Both the position numbers and the translations under genes were made by a program. The notes under the pieces are model-generated. The model saw nothing but the letters and a program-made list of their open reading frames with translations. It did no database searches and had not been told where the DNA came from. Positions 28,306 through 39,387 of a DNA stretch of 64,000 nucleotides are shown here, one piece after another (position 1 is the first letter of the stretch; each line of letters begins with the position of its first letter). The DNA is from Candidatus Bathyarchaeota archaeon. Lineage in GTDB: Archaea > Thermoproteota > Bathyarchaeia > Bathyarchaeales > Bathycorpusculaceae. The stretch covers positions 768,001-832,000 of the forward strand of contig OY970176.1 in NCBI GenBank assembly GCA_963707955.1, read 5' to 3'.

Positions 28306-30150
28306 ATGAGCATAGCAAAGCCTCTTCTCGATTATGCTAAGTCGCTTAAACCGCAGAAGGGTTTCGCGCAGTCCTATTCGGCTTTCAAAAGACTCTTGCA
28401 GTATCACAGGAAATACCCTTGGTACATCTCGGCAATAGTTGTTCTTGCACTGATAAGATCCATTCTGTTCTCGATCGAACCATTGTACACCTCCTATATC
28501 ATCATCTACGTCATAGGACCCGGACCCCCCATTAACACCAGTCTGTTGTTGTTCGATTTACTCGTTATCGTACTGGCCGGAATAGGCTACGCCATAACAA
28601 ACTTCATTCTGACTTACGTGCACGGGGTAATGTCCCAGTACATATTGCGAGACATAAGATCCGACTATTACCGTTCGCTTCAGACCAAATCCTTCAGTTT
28701 TTACGATTCTGTAGGCGTTGGAGATTTAACGTCAAGAGCCACAGTGGACCTTCAATTGGTCGACATGTTTCTGAGAACGTGGCTGGGCACCGTTCTCAAC
28801 GCCGTCTTCACAACAATTATCATCATTGTGATAATCCTCCCAATAAGCCCAATCATGACCCTGATCTCCATGGCCACGATGCCGCTCATCTTCTATTTCA
28901 CAATGCGCCTATGGGTAGACACGATGCCCCTGTTCAGAAACATGCAGCTAATCATGGGGAGATTAACTTCATACATACAGCAAAACATCGTCGGAATGAA
29001 AACAATCAGGATATTCCGCCGAGAAAGAGACGTCGTTGACGGATTCAAAGGGGTAGAAGACATATACGTCAACACCGCAATCACCGCGGGCAAAATTCAG
29101 TCAATCTACATGCCACTCGGTCCAGCAATACTCACGCTTGGAGCAGCCTTGGTCTACGTGTACGCAGGAATTACGCTGGGTGTCCCCGCCTTGGCGGTTG
29201 TCCAAATTGGCTACTTGATTCTCTTTGTCAGATACATGTTGAGAATGACCTTTCCCATAAGGGACGCGAGCCAGACGTTGGGCACGTGGGTTGCGGCTTC
29301 CGCTGGACTGGAAAGAGTCCAAGAAATGATTGATGCTCCAAGAAACGTTGAAGACTTGCCTAACGCCAGAGACGTTAGGATAGAAAAAGGAAAACTTGAG
29401 CTGGAAAACGTCACGTTTGGGTATGTGAAAGACAAGCCTGTGCTAAATAACGTCACTTTTACGGTGCAGCCAGGTGAAAAAATAGCGATACTGGGCGCAA
29501 CAGGGTCCGGAAAGAGTTCTTTGATATACCTAATCCCAAGGTTTTACGACATTCAGGCGGGCAGCATAAGGATAGATGGCAAGGACATCCGCGAATTCAA
29601 GCTGACTTCCCTTAGGCGGCAGATAGGCGTAGTGCTGCAGGACGTTTTCCTGTTTTCTGGAACGATGAGGGAGAATATTGCCTTCGGTAAGCCTGACGCC
29701 TCGATGGATGAAATAGTGCAAGCTGCTAAGTCAGCCAAAATACACGATTTCATTGAATCCCTTCCATCTGGTTACGACACACCTGTTGGGGAAAGGGGGG
29801 TCACGCTTTCGGGGGGCCAGAAGCAGAGGATAACCATAGCGAGAGCACTCGTGGGCAACCCGAGGATGCTGATAATGGACGATTCGCTCTCCTTTGTGGA
29901 CGCAAAGACTGAGCAAGAAATTCAATCTGCAATAGAAGAAGCAACAAAGACAAGGACAACCCTCATAATAGCGCAGAGATTCTCAACGATAAAAACGGCT
30001 AAGAAGATACTGGTCCTTGAGAACGGTTCAGTAGCGGAATTTGGCACACATGAGGAGCTGATGGCAAGAGATGGCGTTTACAAGAAGGTCTATGAAACCC
30101 AGTTTGTCCAAAAAGCTTCACCCATCCTACGGGAAGCAGGTGGTTCCTAG
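28306..30150 (+). CDS. ABC exporter, TMD-NBD half transporter
   Basis: GATGSGKS, LSGGQKQR; degenerate Walker B (MDDS) and Q in place of the switch His. Confidence 0.92.
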   Translation: MSIAKPLLDYAKSLKPQKGFAQSYSAFKRLLQYHRKYPWYISAIVVLALIRSILFSIEPLYTSYIIIYVIGPGPPINTSLLLFDLLVIVLAGIGYAITNFILTYVHGVMSQYILRDIRSDYYRSLQTKSFSFYDSVGVGDLTSRATVDLQLVDMFLRTWLGTVLNAVFTTIIIIVIILPISPIMTLISMATMPLIFYFTMRLWVDTMPLFRNMQLIMGRLTSYIQQNIVGMKTIRIFRRERDVVDGFKGVEDIYVNTAITAGKIQSIYMPLGPAILTLGAALVYVYAGITLGVPALAVVQIGYLILFVRYMLRMTFPIRDASQTLGTWVAASAGLERVQEMIDAPRNVEDLPNARDVRIEKGKLELENVTFGYVKDKPVLNNVTFTVQPGEKIAILGATGSGKSSLIYLIPRFYDIQAGSIRIDGKDIREFKLTSLRRQIGVVLQDVFLFSGTMRENIAFGKPDASMDEIVQAAKSAKIHDFIESLPSGYDTPVGERGVTLSGGQKQRITIARALVGNPRMLIMDDSLSFVDAKTEQEIQSAIEEATKTRTTLIIAQRFSTIKTAKKILVLENGSVAEFGTHEELMARDGVYKKVYETQFVQKASPILREAGGS

Positions 30151-31963
30151 TGTCAGGTTCGTACGGAACTTTCTCGACGAAAGAGGAAGAGAGAAGAAAA
30201 AGAACTGTCCCTGATCGGGTGTTGATCAGAAGAGTGTACGAGTACGCTCAAGCCAACAAACGAAACCTGCGAATCGGCGTTGCCGCTACGATAGCCGGCG
30301 CCTTCACCGGCCTAGCTGCCCCCTACATGCACGCGATAGCCATCGACAATATAATAACGCTGAAGAACCTTTCGGCCTTCATATGGTGGATCCCCCTGTT
30401 CGCCGCTATCATTCTAGGCAACTATCTGTTCCAGTACATCCAAACCTATCAAATGCGTGTAGTGGGAGAAAAAGTGGTTGCAAAGATGCGGGACGACATG
30501 ATGGAAAAACTGCAGGTCATCTCCCTCAAGTATTTTTCAGAAGGCGAAGCTGGAAGAATCATCTCCCGCCCGACCAACGACGCCAACACCGTCAGAATAT
30601 TCATCAGAGTTGGATTAACGAGCATTCTGGTAGACATCTCCTCGATACTAGGCGCCTTCGCAATTATGTTTTATCTTGACCTTCGACTGTCACTTCTGGC
30701 CATCTCGGTTCTGCCCGTGGCCATAGTGCTGGTCTGGTACCTCGGAAAATACTCAAGAGCTGCTTACAGGAGAACGTTAATCACGACTTCAGGGTTGACG
30801 GCAAGGTTACAGGAAGACTTGGCAGGCATGAAAGTCACCCAAGCTTACGCGCAGGAGAAAGAGACAGAAAAGAAGTTCCTAAGAAGTCAAGACGAAAACG
30901 TCAAGGCTACGATTAGAGCCATCCTCATAGGCTCGTCGTACACGCCGTTTGTGATGGCACTGAGGCTGGCTGGAACTATGATAATCCTGTTCTTCGGCGT
31001 CTACGCTTTGTTGGCCGGAACGATCTCGTTGGGAATTCTTGTAGCCTTTATCGAGTATCAGTTCTCATATTTCATGCCGCTGGTTGACCTTGTGACCATG
31101 TACGACCAGTACCAGTCGACGATGTCTGCGATTGAAAGAATGTTCGATGTGATAGATACGAAAGTCGAAGTCGTGGACGCACCGCCTGAAAGGAGTATCG
31201 CATTGCAATGATAGAAGAAGTGGTATTTGAAAACGTCAATTTCGCGTACGATGTCGATGTCCCAGTTTTAAAGAACATCAACTTCACCCTGAAACGCAAC
31301 ATGAAACTCGCGATCGTCGGCCAGACAGGCGCGGGAAAAAGCACGATAATCAACCTGCTCGCCAGATTCTACGACCCAGGCGAAGGCAGAATCCTCATCA
31401 ATGGGCATGACATAAGAGACATCCCGCTTGCTTCGTTGAGAAGCCACATTAGCATAGTGCTGCAGGACTCGTTTCTCTTTTCACTTTCCATAAAGGAAAA
31501 CATAAGGTTCGGGAAACTTGAAGCGTCAGACCAAGAAGTCGTAGAAGCAGCAAAATCCATCGGTGCCCACGATTTCATAATGAAACTTCCCAACGACTAC
31601 GACTACGTCATACAGGAAGGGTCTTCAAACATATCCATAGGTCAAAGACAACTAATAAGCTTCGCCAGAACACTACTCGCAAATCCCGAAATCCTAGTGC
31701 TGGACGAGGCAACATCTTCAGTTGACGCCTACACCGAACTGGTGATCCAGAGAGCCTTAAAGAGACTGATGCAAAACAGAATGACGATAATAATCGCGCA
31801 TCGACTCTCAACAATCAGACTGTGCGACGAAATCCTAACGATCGATCACGGCGAAATCGTGGAAAGAGGCACGCATGAACAGCTCATGCACCAGAAAGGA
31901 TTGTACAGCTCATTCTACAGACTGCAATTCAGAGAAGAAACAGGAGCCGCCACACCACAATAG
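30150..31963 (+). CDS. Partner ABC exporter half transporter, split between TMD (30150-31211) and NBD (31208-31963)
   Basis: TMD then GQTGAGKS, ISIGQRQ, LDEATS and AHRLST; one-base frame change in the linker. Confidence 0.85.
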
Positions 31964-32067
31964 TCTATGCGGGCAATTGAAGAGATAAGCGTGAGGCCAT
32001 GACAAATCATAATGCGTTTTAATGTGGGATACGAGGTAGAGTGCTTCCGCTTTTTCAGAGGTTTATT

Positions 32068-32508
32068 TTAACCCTCTTGGGGAAGATAGCGAGGCGTCCA
32101 CAAATTTCCTAGAATGTCTCGTATCTCCTTATCCATGTAGTTTTCTAGGTTGCGGGCAACATCGTTGGCTGTTAAGACGCCGTGAAGGGCCCCTTCTCTA
32201 ACCACTGCTAGTCTTCGGATCTTCTGTTTTTTCATTATCTTAGCTGCTTCTGTTAAGTCCGCGTTCGGATCGATCGTTATCAAAGGTGTCGACATTACTT
32301 CGGCGACTCTCACATTCTTCGGGTCAAGCCCTTTTGCAGCAACTTTCCAAGTCACATCGCGTTCAGTTACTATGCCAAACGGTTTGCCTTGCCTCAAAAC
32401 AATAGCGCATCCCTCTCCTTTTTTGTACATGTCTAGAGAGGCTTCAGCAACAGACACGCCTTCTTCAACGGTGACTATGCTTGTTCTCATAGCTTCGGCC
32501 GCCCTCAA
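32068..32508 (-). CDS. CBS-domain pair protein
   Basis: GIVTERD, VMSTPLITI, IRRLAVV and GVLTAND motifs; the rest of the 366-aa ORF is antisense to the ABC gene. Confidence 0.88.
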   Translation of the reverse strand: MRAAEAMRTSIVTVEEGVSVAEASLDMYKKGEGCAIVLRQGKPFGIVTERDVTWKVAAKGLDPKNVRVAEVMSTPLITIDPNADLTEAAKIMKKQKIRRLAVVREGALHGVLTANDVARNLENYMDKEIRDILGNLWTPRYLPQEG

Positions 32509-32655
32509 AAACTTCCCCTTCCTACTGTTCAGAACAACTCGAATACATTCTAGTGAATCCCAATAATTAAGCAATACTGTGGCCAGGCTAACTCTGCTGA
32601 AACTTGAGGAGAACTTAAAAGAAGAGCCTGACGCACATTTCTTGAGTGGAACGGT

Positions 32656-33612
32656 TTGATTTCTGACTATACCATTTTGGTTGATGGGCTCGTTAGAGTT
32701 TACGGTGAAAAGGCTGCCGTTGACGGCGTTTCTTTTGGTGTAAGAAAAGGCGAGATTTTTGGTTTCTTGGGTCCTAATGGTGCTGGGAAGACGACCACGA
32801 TAAAGGTGCTTACAACTTTGATTCCCCCTACACGCGGCAAAGCCATCGTCCTTGGCCACGATGTCACTGAGGAGCCTTTGAAGATTAGACGCAGGATCGG
32901 AGTGGTTCAGCAGCAGCCGAGTCTCGAAATGTTCATGACGGTTGAGCAGAATCTGGATAGCTCTGGTTTCCTTTGGGATATCCCTAAAGAGGAGAGGCGG
33001 AAGAAGATCAAGTTCTTGAGTGAGCTTTTCGGGTTGAAGGATTGCTTGAAAACGAAAGGTCCGGAGCTTTCGATTGGTCAAAGAAGGAGAGTTCAAATTG
33101 CCCGCGAGCTGATGCACGACATGGACATCCTTTTCCTGGATGAACCTACTCTTGGTCTCGACCCTCAAGTGCGAAGAACGCTATTGGACTACGTGAAGAA
33201 ACGTGCTTCGGAAGGCTTGACGGTTTTCTTCACAACCCACATCATGGAAGAAGCTGAATACCTGTGCGACAGGGTGGCGATAATAGACCACGGCAAGATC
33301 TTGGCTGATGACACTGTTGATAGACTTCGGTCAAGGTTTGGAACGGGAGAGATCATAGAGTTTACACTTGCTGAGAAGGGTGCAGAACTGAGAAGAATCT
33401 TGACGCCTATTGAGGGGATTAACGCTTTCTATGAACCGCAAGAAGAGGATGAGTTTTTCAGGATATTCACAGACAACCCATCAGCCGTGCTGCCCAGATT
33501 ACTTCAAGCTCTGTTTGCAAATGGACAGCACGTCACAACAATCAACATTAAAGAGTCAACCCTCGAAGAGGCTTTCTTGAGATTGACTTCAAAGAAGGAG
33601 GGAGAAGCATGA
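32656..33612 (+). CDS. ABC-2 (DrrA-like) ATP-binding protein
   Basis: GPNGAGKTT, LSIGQRRR, LDEPTLGLD, TTH and TLEEAF motifs. Confidence 0.93.
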   Translation: MISDYTILVDGLVRVYGEKAAVDGVSFGVRKGEIFGFLGPNGAGKTTTIKVLTTLIPPTRGKAIVLGHDVTEEPLKIRRRIGVVQQQPSLEMFMTVEQNLDSSGFLWDIPKEERRKKIKFLSELFGLKDCLKTKGPELSIGQRRRVQIARELMHDMDILFLDEPTLGLDPQVRRTLLDYVKKRASEGLTVFFTTHIMEEAEYLCDRVAIIDHGKILADDTVDRLRSRFGTGEIIEFTLAEKGAELRRILTPIEGINAFYEPQEEDEFFRIFTDNPSAVLPRLLQALFANGQHVTTINIKESTLEEAFLRLTSKKEGEA

Positions 33613-34373
33613 ACAGCATGCTCAAGCTGCTCGTTCGGGATATCCGAGGAAGTTTTCTCATGTCACCCCTGTTCTTAGCATCGATGCTTGTTTCTCCTCT
33701 CATCTACATTTTTGTTTTGGGATTTGCCTTCAGTGGCTTTATTCCCAGCATCGTTTTAGGCCGAGTCAGCATGAGCTACGTCCTGTTCCTCGCCCCAGGC
33801 ATAATTGTAAGTCAGTTTCTCACGGGAGGAGTCTATGCAGGAGCGTCGATTTGGTTCGACAGAAGATTCGGCATGTTTGAACAGATTCTCGTTGGACCAT
33901 TCACGAAAACACAGTACATAGCAAGCAAGATCCTCTCAGTGGCCCTTCAGGGTCTTGCGATGGCCTTTCTAGTTCTTCTATTAACATCTCCACTTCTATC
34001 TGGTTTAACGGTCAACGCTCTTGGAGTCTTATTCATTGTGGCGGCTTGGATGCTCGGGTCTCTATTGTTCGGCTCATTTTCCATGGTAGTCACAACAGCC
34101 GTGAAAACTGACCAAGTCTTGAACGTGGTGTTCAACATTATCATGCCTCCGCTGCTTTTTCTAAGTTCGATTTTTTATCCACTTGAAACCGTTCCTGCTT
34201 TCATACGCGCATTGGCTTTGGTCAACCCGTTGACTTACGCCGCGGATATGTTCAGATTTGGACTCCTGGGTCTTCAAACCAGCTATCTTGGCTACGAAGT
34301 CTTGTTGCTCGTAATTGAGAGCGCAGGTATGTTTCTTCTGGCGACCAAGAGCTTCAAAAGAATCCAAATGTGA
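33609..34373 (+). CDS. ABC-2 type permease
   Basis: FLAPG, FLSSIFYP and NPLTY motifs; ATGA overlap with the ATPase gene. Confidence 0.92.
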   Translation: MNSMLKLLVRDIRGSFLMSPLFLASMLVSPLIYIFVLGFAFSGFIPSIVLGRVSMSYVLFLAPGIIVSQFLTGGVYAGASIWFDRRFGMFEQILVGPFTKTQYIASKILSVALQGLAMAFLVLLLTSPLLSGLTVNALGVLFIVAAWMLGSLLFGSFSMVVTTAVKTDQVLNVVFNIIMPPLLFLSSIFYPLETVPAFIRALALVNPLTYAADMFRFGLLGLQTSYLGYEVLLLVIESAGMFLLATKSFKRIQM

Positions 34374-34702
34374 GTCGTGCCCACCGTGGAAAGACGAACT
34401 TCTCAAAAGCTCCTGTAACCGTGTACCCGATCCTAGAGGCCAAGTCCTTGAACCCGCCGTACAGCCCCAGATCCAGCCTGAACAGCTTCAGTGTCTTCAG
34501 CAATGCGCCTCACGTATAGGCTTCTACGCACCATTCCGCAACTGGAACACAGAGCTCGCCGGCCCTGTGCCTGTCACATCAAAACGATTCAACGACCCAC
34601 AACACGCTTATCTCGAAAACCTATTCACATGACGAGAATACTTCCAAAATTCACTCTGTTTACGAGCAGCGCACACAACGTGCTGCACTCTTGGTCTTTG
34701 CT

Positions 34703-34951
34703 CTATTCTCTCACAGGAGGCGGAATGGCTATCAGAGACTGTGTTCGGATCACGCCTTTAAGGCGCTGGATTTTCTCTATTATTTTTCCCAAGTCATCCA
34801 TCTTGGCAAAATCCACTGAAGCTATTGCGTCGAATTGTCCTGTCACTGCGTCCGCCGTCTTGACACCTTCAATTCTAAGCGCCGCTTCCGCAACACTCCA
34901 CAGTTCACTGGCTTCCGTGCTCATGAGAATGTAGGCCTTCAAAACATTCAC
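34703..34951 (-). CDS. Stand-alone Lrp/AsnC ligand-binding domain protein
   Basis: KAYIL...VTGQFDAIA...IQRLKGVIRTQSLI. Confidence 0.88.
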   Translation of the reverse strand: MNVLKAYILMSTEASELWSVAEAALRIEGVKTADAVTGQFDAIASVDFAKMDDLGKIIEKIQRLKGVIRTQSLIAIPPPVRE

Positions 34952-35058
34952 CTCAACATGAACAATTTGGAAAGTCTTGGAATAAAAAGCTTAAGATGCT
35001 CCTCGAACAGCAAATCCAGTCAGTTGCCAAAGCTTGCACGAGCGGTTCCCCTCCAAGA

Positions 35059-35808
35059 TCAGCATTGGTCTTTACTTTCTTCCGCTCGAACGATTAATGG
35101 AACCTCACGTAAGGACTTAATATTATAGTCCGCCTGAAATGCTCCCCTTTCTCCGCGAGCTCGCTTGTTTTCCCTCAGAATCTCCGGTAGGCTCCTGAAG
35201 AGATCTTGGGAATCTGATTTCTCAAGGTCTCTTGTAACCATTATTGCTACACCATTTGCACCTTTGGCAGCCAACACGTCAAGCACCAAGTCGCCGACGA
35301 CAACGAAGCGTTTGGCGCCGAGTTTTCTTGTGGCCACAAGAACGCCTTCAGGATCAGGCTTCAACTTTGTAACATCTTCCCTCGTTACTACAACATCGAA
35401 ATATTCTTTCAAACCATGAATTTTAAAGACAACGTCCACCGCTCGTCTCGAAGTGTTAGTGACCAGCCCTATTTTCGCCCCGAGTTCTCTAAGTGTTTGT
35501 AGCGTGGAAATGGTCTCGGGGAAAAGCCTTGACTTCTTTGCTGAATCCAGTTCGTAATGGTTGAGAAACATCTCCATTTCTCGCCGGTATATTCTGGCCC
35601 TTTCTTCACCAAAATGCCGTTGAACGTATTCCGATGCAATGTTACGCATGATGGTGGCCCGTTTTATTCCTTCAAGGACTGTTTTTGGAATTCCAAGATC
35701 AATGAGCTTCCGTCTCGTATCACGCCTGAATTCCAGCACGTGCTGACGAACTGACCATGGAGTCTTAACCAGTGTGTCCTCCAGATCAAACAGTACCGCG
35801 ACATTCAT
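35059..35808 (-). CDS. HAD-superfamily hydrolase
   Basis: FDLEDTL, VTN, KPDP and VGD...D motifs. Confidence 0.88.
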   Translation of the reverse strand: MNVAVLFDLEDTLVKTPWSVRQHVLEFRRDTRRKLIDLGIPKTVLEGIKRATIMRNIASEYVQRHFGEERARIYRREMEMFLNHYELDSAKKSRLFPETISTLQTLRELGAKIGLVTNTSRRAVDVVFKIHGLKEYFDVVVTREDVTKLKPDPEGVLVATRKLGAKRFVVVGDLVLDVLAAKGANGVAIMVTRDLEKSDSQDLFRSLPEILRENKRARGERGAFQADYNIKSLREVPLIVRAEESKDQC

Positions 35809-36052
35809 TGCTGTTCACGCTAGTCTTGACATTCAGTTTATCTTCTTGCTTCTGCCATGGCTGCTATTTAGCTCCTGTCTTTTCACGTTTCCACATTTTT
35901 GCTCTTAGCATTTGCTCATCAACTGGTCTTAGCGCAGGGTTCAGGCTGAAGATTGCCAGATGACACCTGTTGGGCACATTTGACGGAGTCAGCTTCGTTT
36001 CGGTGTATCGCATGCTTTCAGGCATAAACTCTTAAAGACTGGAAGTGGCTTA

Positions 36053-38521
36053 ATGCGCGGCATGGAAGGCTCGAGTGAAGAGTCAAAGGGACTTTCTCAG
36101 GCGGAAGCTCAAAGAAGGCTCGAACAGGTCGGGCCGAACCAGTTTGTTAAACCCCTGAAGATAAGCTTCCTCGGTATCGCTAAAGAAGAAGTAGTTGAAC
36201 CCATGATTCTGCTGCTACTTGTCGTTGGTGTGCTCTACACGACATTCACGTGGCCGAATCTGCAAGACGCCCTGACGATTTTCAGCATCATCTTCGTGTT
36301 GGTTTCCGTTGAAATCTGGAACGAGTATCGAGCCAAGAAGGCCATATCTGCGCTCTCTGAGCTTGCAGCTCCGAAAACGAGGGTTGTGCGGGATGGCAGG
36401 ATAGTTGAAGTTGAAACTGAGAAAGTGGTTCCTGGCGATCTTTTGGTCTTCACCGATGGCACTCGAATTGCAGCTGACTGTAAGCTTAACGTGGCATATG
36501 ACGTTCAAGTCGATGAGTCGGTTTTGACGGGTGAATCCTTTCCTCGAGAGAAGGGGGTTGGGGACGAAGTTTATGCTGGAACACTGGTACTTTCTGGCGA
36601 AGGAAAAGGAGAAACCTACGCCACTGGCAAGAACAGTAGATTCGGCAAGATTTCAGCTATGGCGCAGGCGATTAAGCCTCCGAAAACACCATTACAATTG
36701 GCAATGAAGTCGCTTTCGAAGACACTTGCGTACGTTGCCATATTCTTCAGTGTAATCATCCCTGTTCTCGGCTTCGTCCGCTTTGGGTACCAAGATCTGG
36801 CTAAGGACAAGGATTTAATCTTGACCGGACTGGCACTTGCCTTTGCAGCCATTCCAGAGGAACTGCCAATAATAATCACCATGATATTGGGATTGGGCTC
36901 CTACAGGCTCTCACAGAAAGGTTTTCTGGTCAAGAAACTCAAAGCTGCCGAGACTCTGGGGGACGCAACCGTTATCCTTACCGATAAGACAGGCACGATC
37001 ACTGAGAACAAGATGCGAGTTGCTCAGGTCTATCCGCGAAAACAAGAAGCCAGAACACTCGCTGCGGCAACCGCAGCGTTGACCGAAATGTCACTGTCCC
37101 CCACGGACAAGGCTGTTCTTGAGAAAGCAGGCGAACTCGGAATCGCACAGGGTTTCGGAAGCGTTATTCGCGAACGTGGTTTTGAAATCAACAAACGAAC
37201 CAAAGCTGTCCTTCGCGCGAGAAACGGTGGTCTCATGCTTTCGACCATTGGTGCACCGGAGGAAATTCTTGGCTCCGAGGGCAGTGATGGGCCTCTTGAC
37301 GAAGAACTGAAAGAGGAAGCAGCGAAGGGAAGGAGAGTAATCGGCGTTGCAGAAAAAGCCGTTTCAACTGAAGAAGCAGATCTGCCCTTTTCAGAGCTAG
37401 AGGGAAACTGGGACTTCATCGGGTTGATCTCGATTGAAGACCCCCCGCGTCAAGGCGTCAAGGAAACCATAGAGGCAATCAGCAGAGCGGGGATCAGAAC
37501 GATCATGGTCACTGGTGACTATCCGCAAACAGCCGCCTACATCGCAATGAGCGTCAGCATCCCCTCAAAAAACGTGCTCACCGGCGAAGACCTCCAAAGG
37601 CTTTCTGACGAGGATCTACAGAAAGTCGTGAAGGAAACATCCGTTTTCGCAAGAACCACGCCCGAGGACAAGTATCGACTCGTTAAGGCGCTGCACGCAA
37701 ACAACGAAGTTGTCGCAGTGACCGGCGACGGTGTCAACGACACATTGGCCCTCAAGGGAGCAGACGTCGGCATTGCCATGGGCGTGAAAGGCACCGACGC
37801 GGCTAAGGAAGCGGCAGATGTCATTTTGACTGACGATAATTTTGTAAGCATCGGACACGCAGTCTTTGAAGGCCGCACGTTCTTTGACAACCTGAGAAAA
37901 GGACTCAAGTACTATCTAGCAATCAAAGCTGCACTGATCTCCATCTTCCTTCTGCCCCTGGCGCTAGGCACACCTTTACCATTTGCTCCAATACAGATAA
38001 TCGTCCTCGAACTCTTCATGGACCTCGCTGCCTCTGCCGGATTTGTCACCGAACCCGCTGAAAAAACTATTTACAGCCGAAAACCAAGAGACCCCAAAGC
38101 AAAGTTCCCCGATTCAAGAATGATAAAGGACCTAGCAGTCTCCGCGGCAAGCCTTTTCTCAGCTGTGATGCTCGCATACTTCTACGCACGTTGGCAGGGT
38201 CTTTCACCTCTTGAAGTACAGACTTTCGCCTTCTCGGCCTGGATGATGGGACACATAATTCTCGCGTTCGTCACACGTTCAGAAAACGAACCGCTCTACA
38301 TTCTAGGCCCCCTGTCAAACAAGGTGATGGACCTGTGGGCAGTTCTCGCCGTGTCCTTCCTACTTGTAGCAGTCGCCGTTCCCTCAGTAGGTGTCCAGCT
38401 GAAGCTTTCCACACTCTCGGCCGGTCAGCTTGGCTTGATCTTTGCCTTCGCTTTTCTCACTATCGTTTGGCAGGAAATTGCGAAGCTCTTGTTGTTCAAA
38501 CCGAATTCGAAAAAGGAATGA
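36053..38521 (+). CDS. Cation-transporting P-type ATPase (P2-like)
   Basis: LTGES, IPEEL, DKTGT, MVTGD and GDGVND motifs. Confidence 0.95.
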   Translation: MRGMEGSSEESKGLSQAEAQRRLEQVGPNQFVKPLKISFLGIAKEEVVEPMILLLLVVGVLYTTFTWPNLQDALTIFSIIFVLVSVEIWNEYRAKKAISALSELAAPKTRVVRDGRIVEVETEKVVPGDLLVFTDGTRIAADCKLNVAYDVQVDESVLTGESFPREKGVGDEVYAGTLVLSGEGKGETYATGKNSRFGKISAMAQAIKPPKTPLQLAMKSLSKTLAYVAIFFSVIIPVLGFVRFGYQDLAKDKDLILTGLALAFAAIPEELPIIITMILGLGSYRLSQKGFLVKKLKAAETLGDATVILTDKTGTITENKMRVAQVYPRKQEARTLAAATAALTEMSLSPTDKAVLEKAGELGIAQGFGSVIRERGFEINKRTKAVLRARNGGLMLSTIGAPEEILGSEGSDGPLDEELKEEAAKGRRVIGVAEKAVSTEEADLPFSELEGNWDFIGLISIEDPPRQGVKETIEAISRAGIRTIMVTGDYPQTAAYIAMSVSIPSKNVLTGEDLQRLSDEDLQKVVKETSVFARTTPEDKYRLVKALHANNEVVAVTGDGVNDTLALKGADVGIAMGVKGTDAAKEAADVILTDDNFVSIGHAVFEGRTFFDNLRKGLKYYLAIKAALISIFLLPLALGTPLPFAPIQIIVLELFMDLAASAGFVTEPAEKTIYSRKPRDPKAKFPDSRMIKDLAVSAASLFSAVMLAYFYARWQGLSPLEVQTFAFSAWMMGHIILAFVTRSENEPLYILGPLSNKVMDLWAVLAVSFLLVAVAVPSVGVQLKLSTLSAGQLGLIFAFAFLTIVWQEIAKLLLFKPNSKKE

Positions 38522-38604
38522 GAGCAAAAAGTCAACATCTGCCTAAATGGAAAATCGATAAGCGTAAATATGCGGGACTTTTAATATGTTCCGAGAAATG
38601 TATT

Positions 38605-38709
38605 ATGGTTAATTGCGCAAAGTGTGGTAAAGATATTCCTTCGGGGCAAGAAGTGAAGAAAGGCTTCCTAATAAAGAAAAGCTATCATAAGGAATGTGCT
38701 CCCAAGTAG
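38605..38709 (+). CDS. 34-aa CxxC...HxxC zinc-finger micro-protein
   Basis: MVNCAKCGKDIPSGQEVKKGFLIKKSYHKECAPK*; TTTTAATA about 25 bp upstream (leaderless layout). Confidence 0.65.
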   Translation: MVNCAKCGKDIPSGQEVKKGFLIKKSYHKECAPK

Positions 38710-38929
38710 ACTCAATGCTTATCAGTATTTGCACAAGCATCAATCCACCCTTTATCTTCTGAAGGAAATTATTTTCTTTTCTTTTTTCTTTAGCGCGCGC
38801 ACAGATTAAGCTAGGCTTTCCTTTTGCAACGCTGTGCAGAAAACCAAGATAAGGTTCAAACTTCGCCGCGCGCGCTTTCGTGGGGTGAAATGCCTCTAGG
38901 GAAAAATCTAAGGCCAATCAATACTAGTT

Positions 38930-39154
38930 ATGATTCGCATGAACATCTCTGCACAGAGATTTTGGGTGGGAGAAATGCGGAAAGTTCAGAAGTCTAGGGT
39001 GGCCCCGGCCCTGTTCATGTTTGCCGTGCTTCTGGGCGGCTCTGTGGTGATAGCGGTCGCTGAGGCAGGGATCGAGTTCGTGGTCGTAATAGTGATTATC
39101 GTGGGAATAGTGATACTTTTATCCGTTGGATCTCAGTTCAAGAAAAAAAATTAG
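38930..39154 (+). CDS. Small membrane protein (start may be 38974)
   Basis: Two hydrophobic helices and a KKKN tail. Confidence 0.55.
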   Translation: MIRMNISAQRFWVGEMRKVQKSRVAPALFMFAVLLGGSVVIAVAEAGIEFVVVIVIIVGIVILLSVGSQFKKKN

Positions 39155-39387
39155 CGAGCCCGCTCATTTCTGCGCGCGCGCCTTTGCTCTCGGGGTTTGT
39201 GGAGATAAGGTTTTGTTTGTTTTGTTTTTTCGTCGTTGTTAATGCGGCGTTGTTTTAGAATTATGCGTGGTTTTCTGCGTTTTATTTTTAGCGTTTTTGT
39301 AGCGTATTCTGTTTGTTCTTGTTTTTGGTTTTATAATTACTTACTTCGGTTGTTTCGGTTTGCTTAAGCGCGCGCAGAAAACTTTTT

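Noticed and set aside
31208-31211. Natural split of the ABC exporter via an ATGA overlap
   Set aside because: Possible, but the partner is a fused TMD-NBD and the window has many indel artefacts; unresolved without reads.
32509-33168. Long N-terminal extension of the CBS protein; similar extensions at 1182-1364, 17965-18207 and 24827-24973
   Set aside because: These are antisense to real genes or run through promoters; SD sites and paralog comparison give shorter starts.
39182-39367. Replication origin DUE
   Set aside because: No ORB-like repeats or adjacent cdc6/orc1; kept only as an unexplained biased tract.
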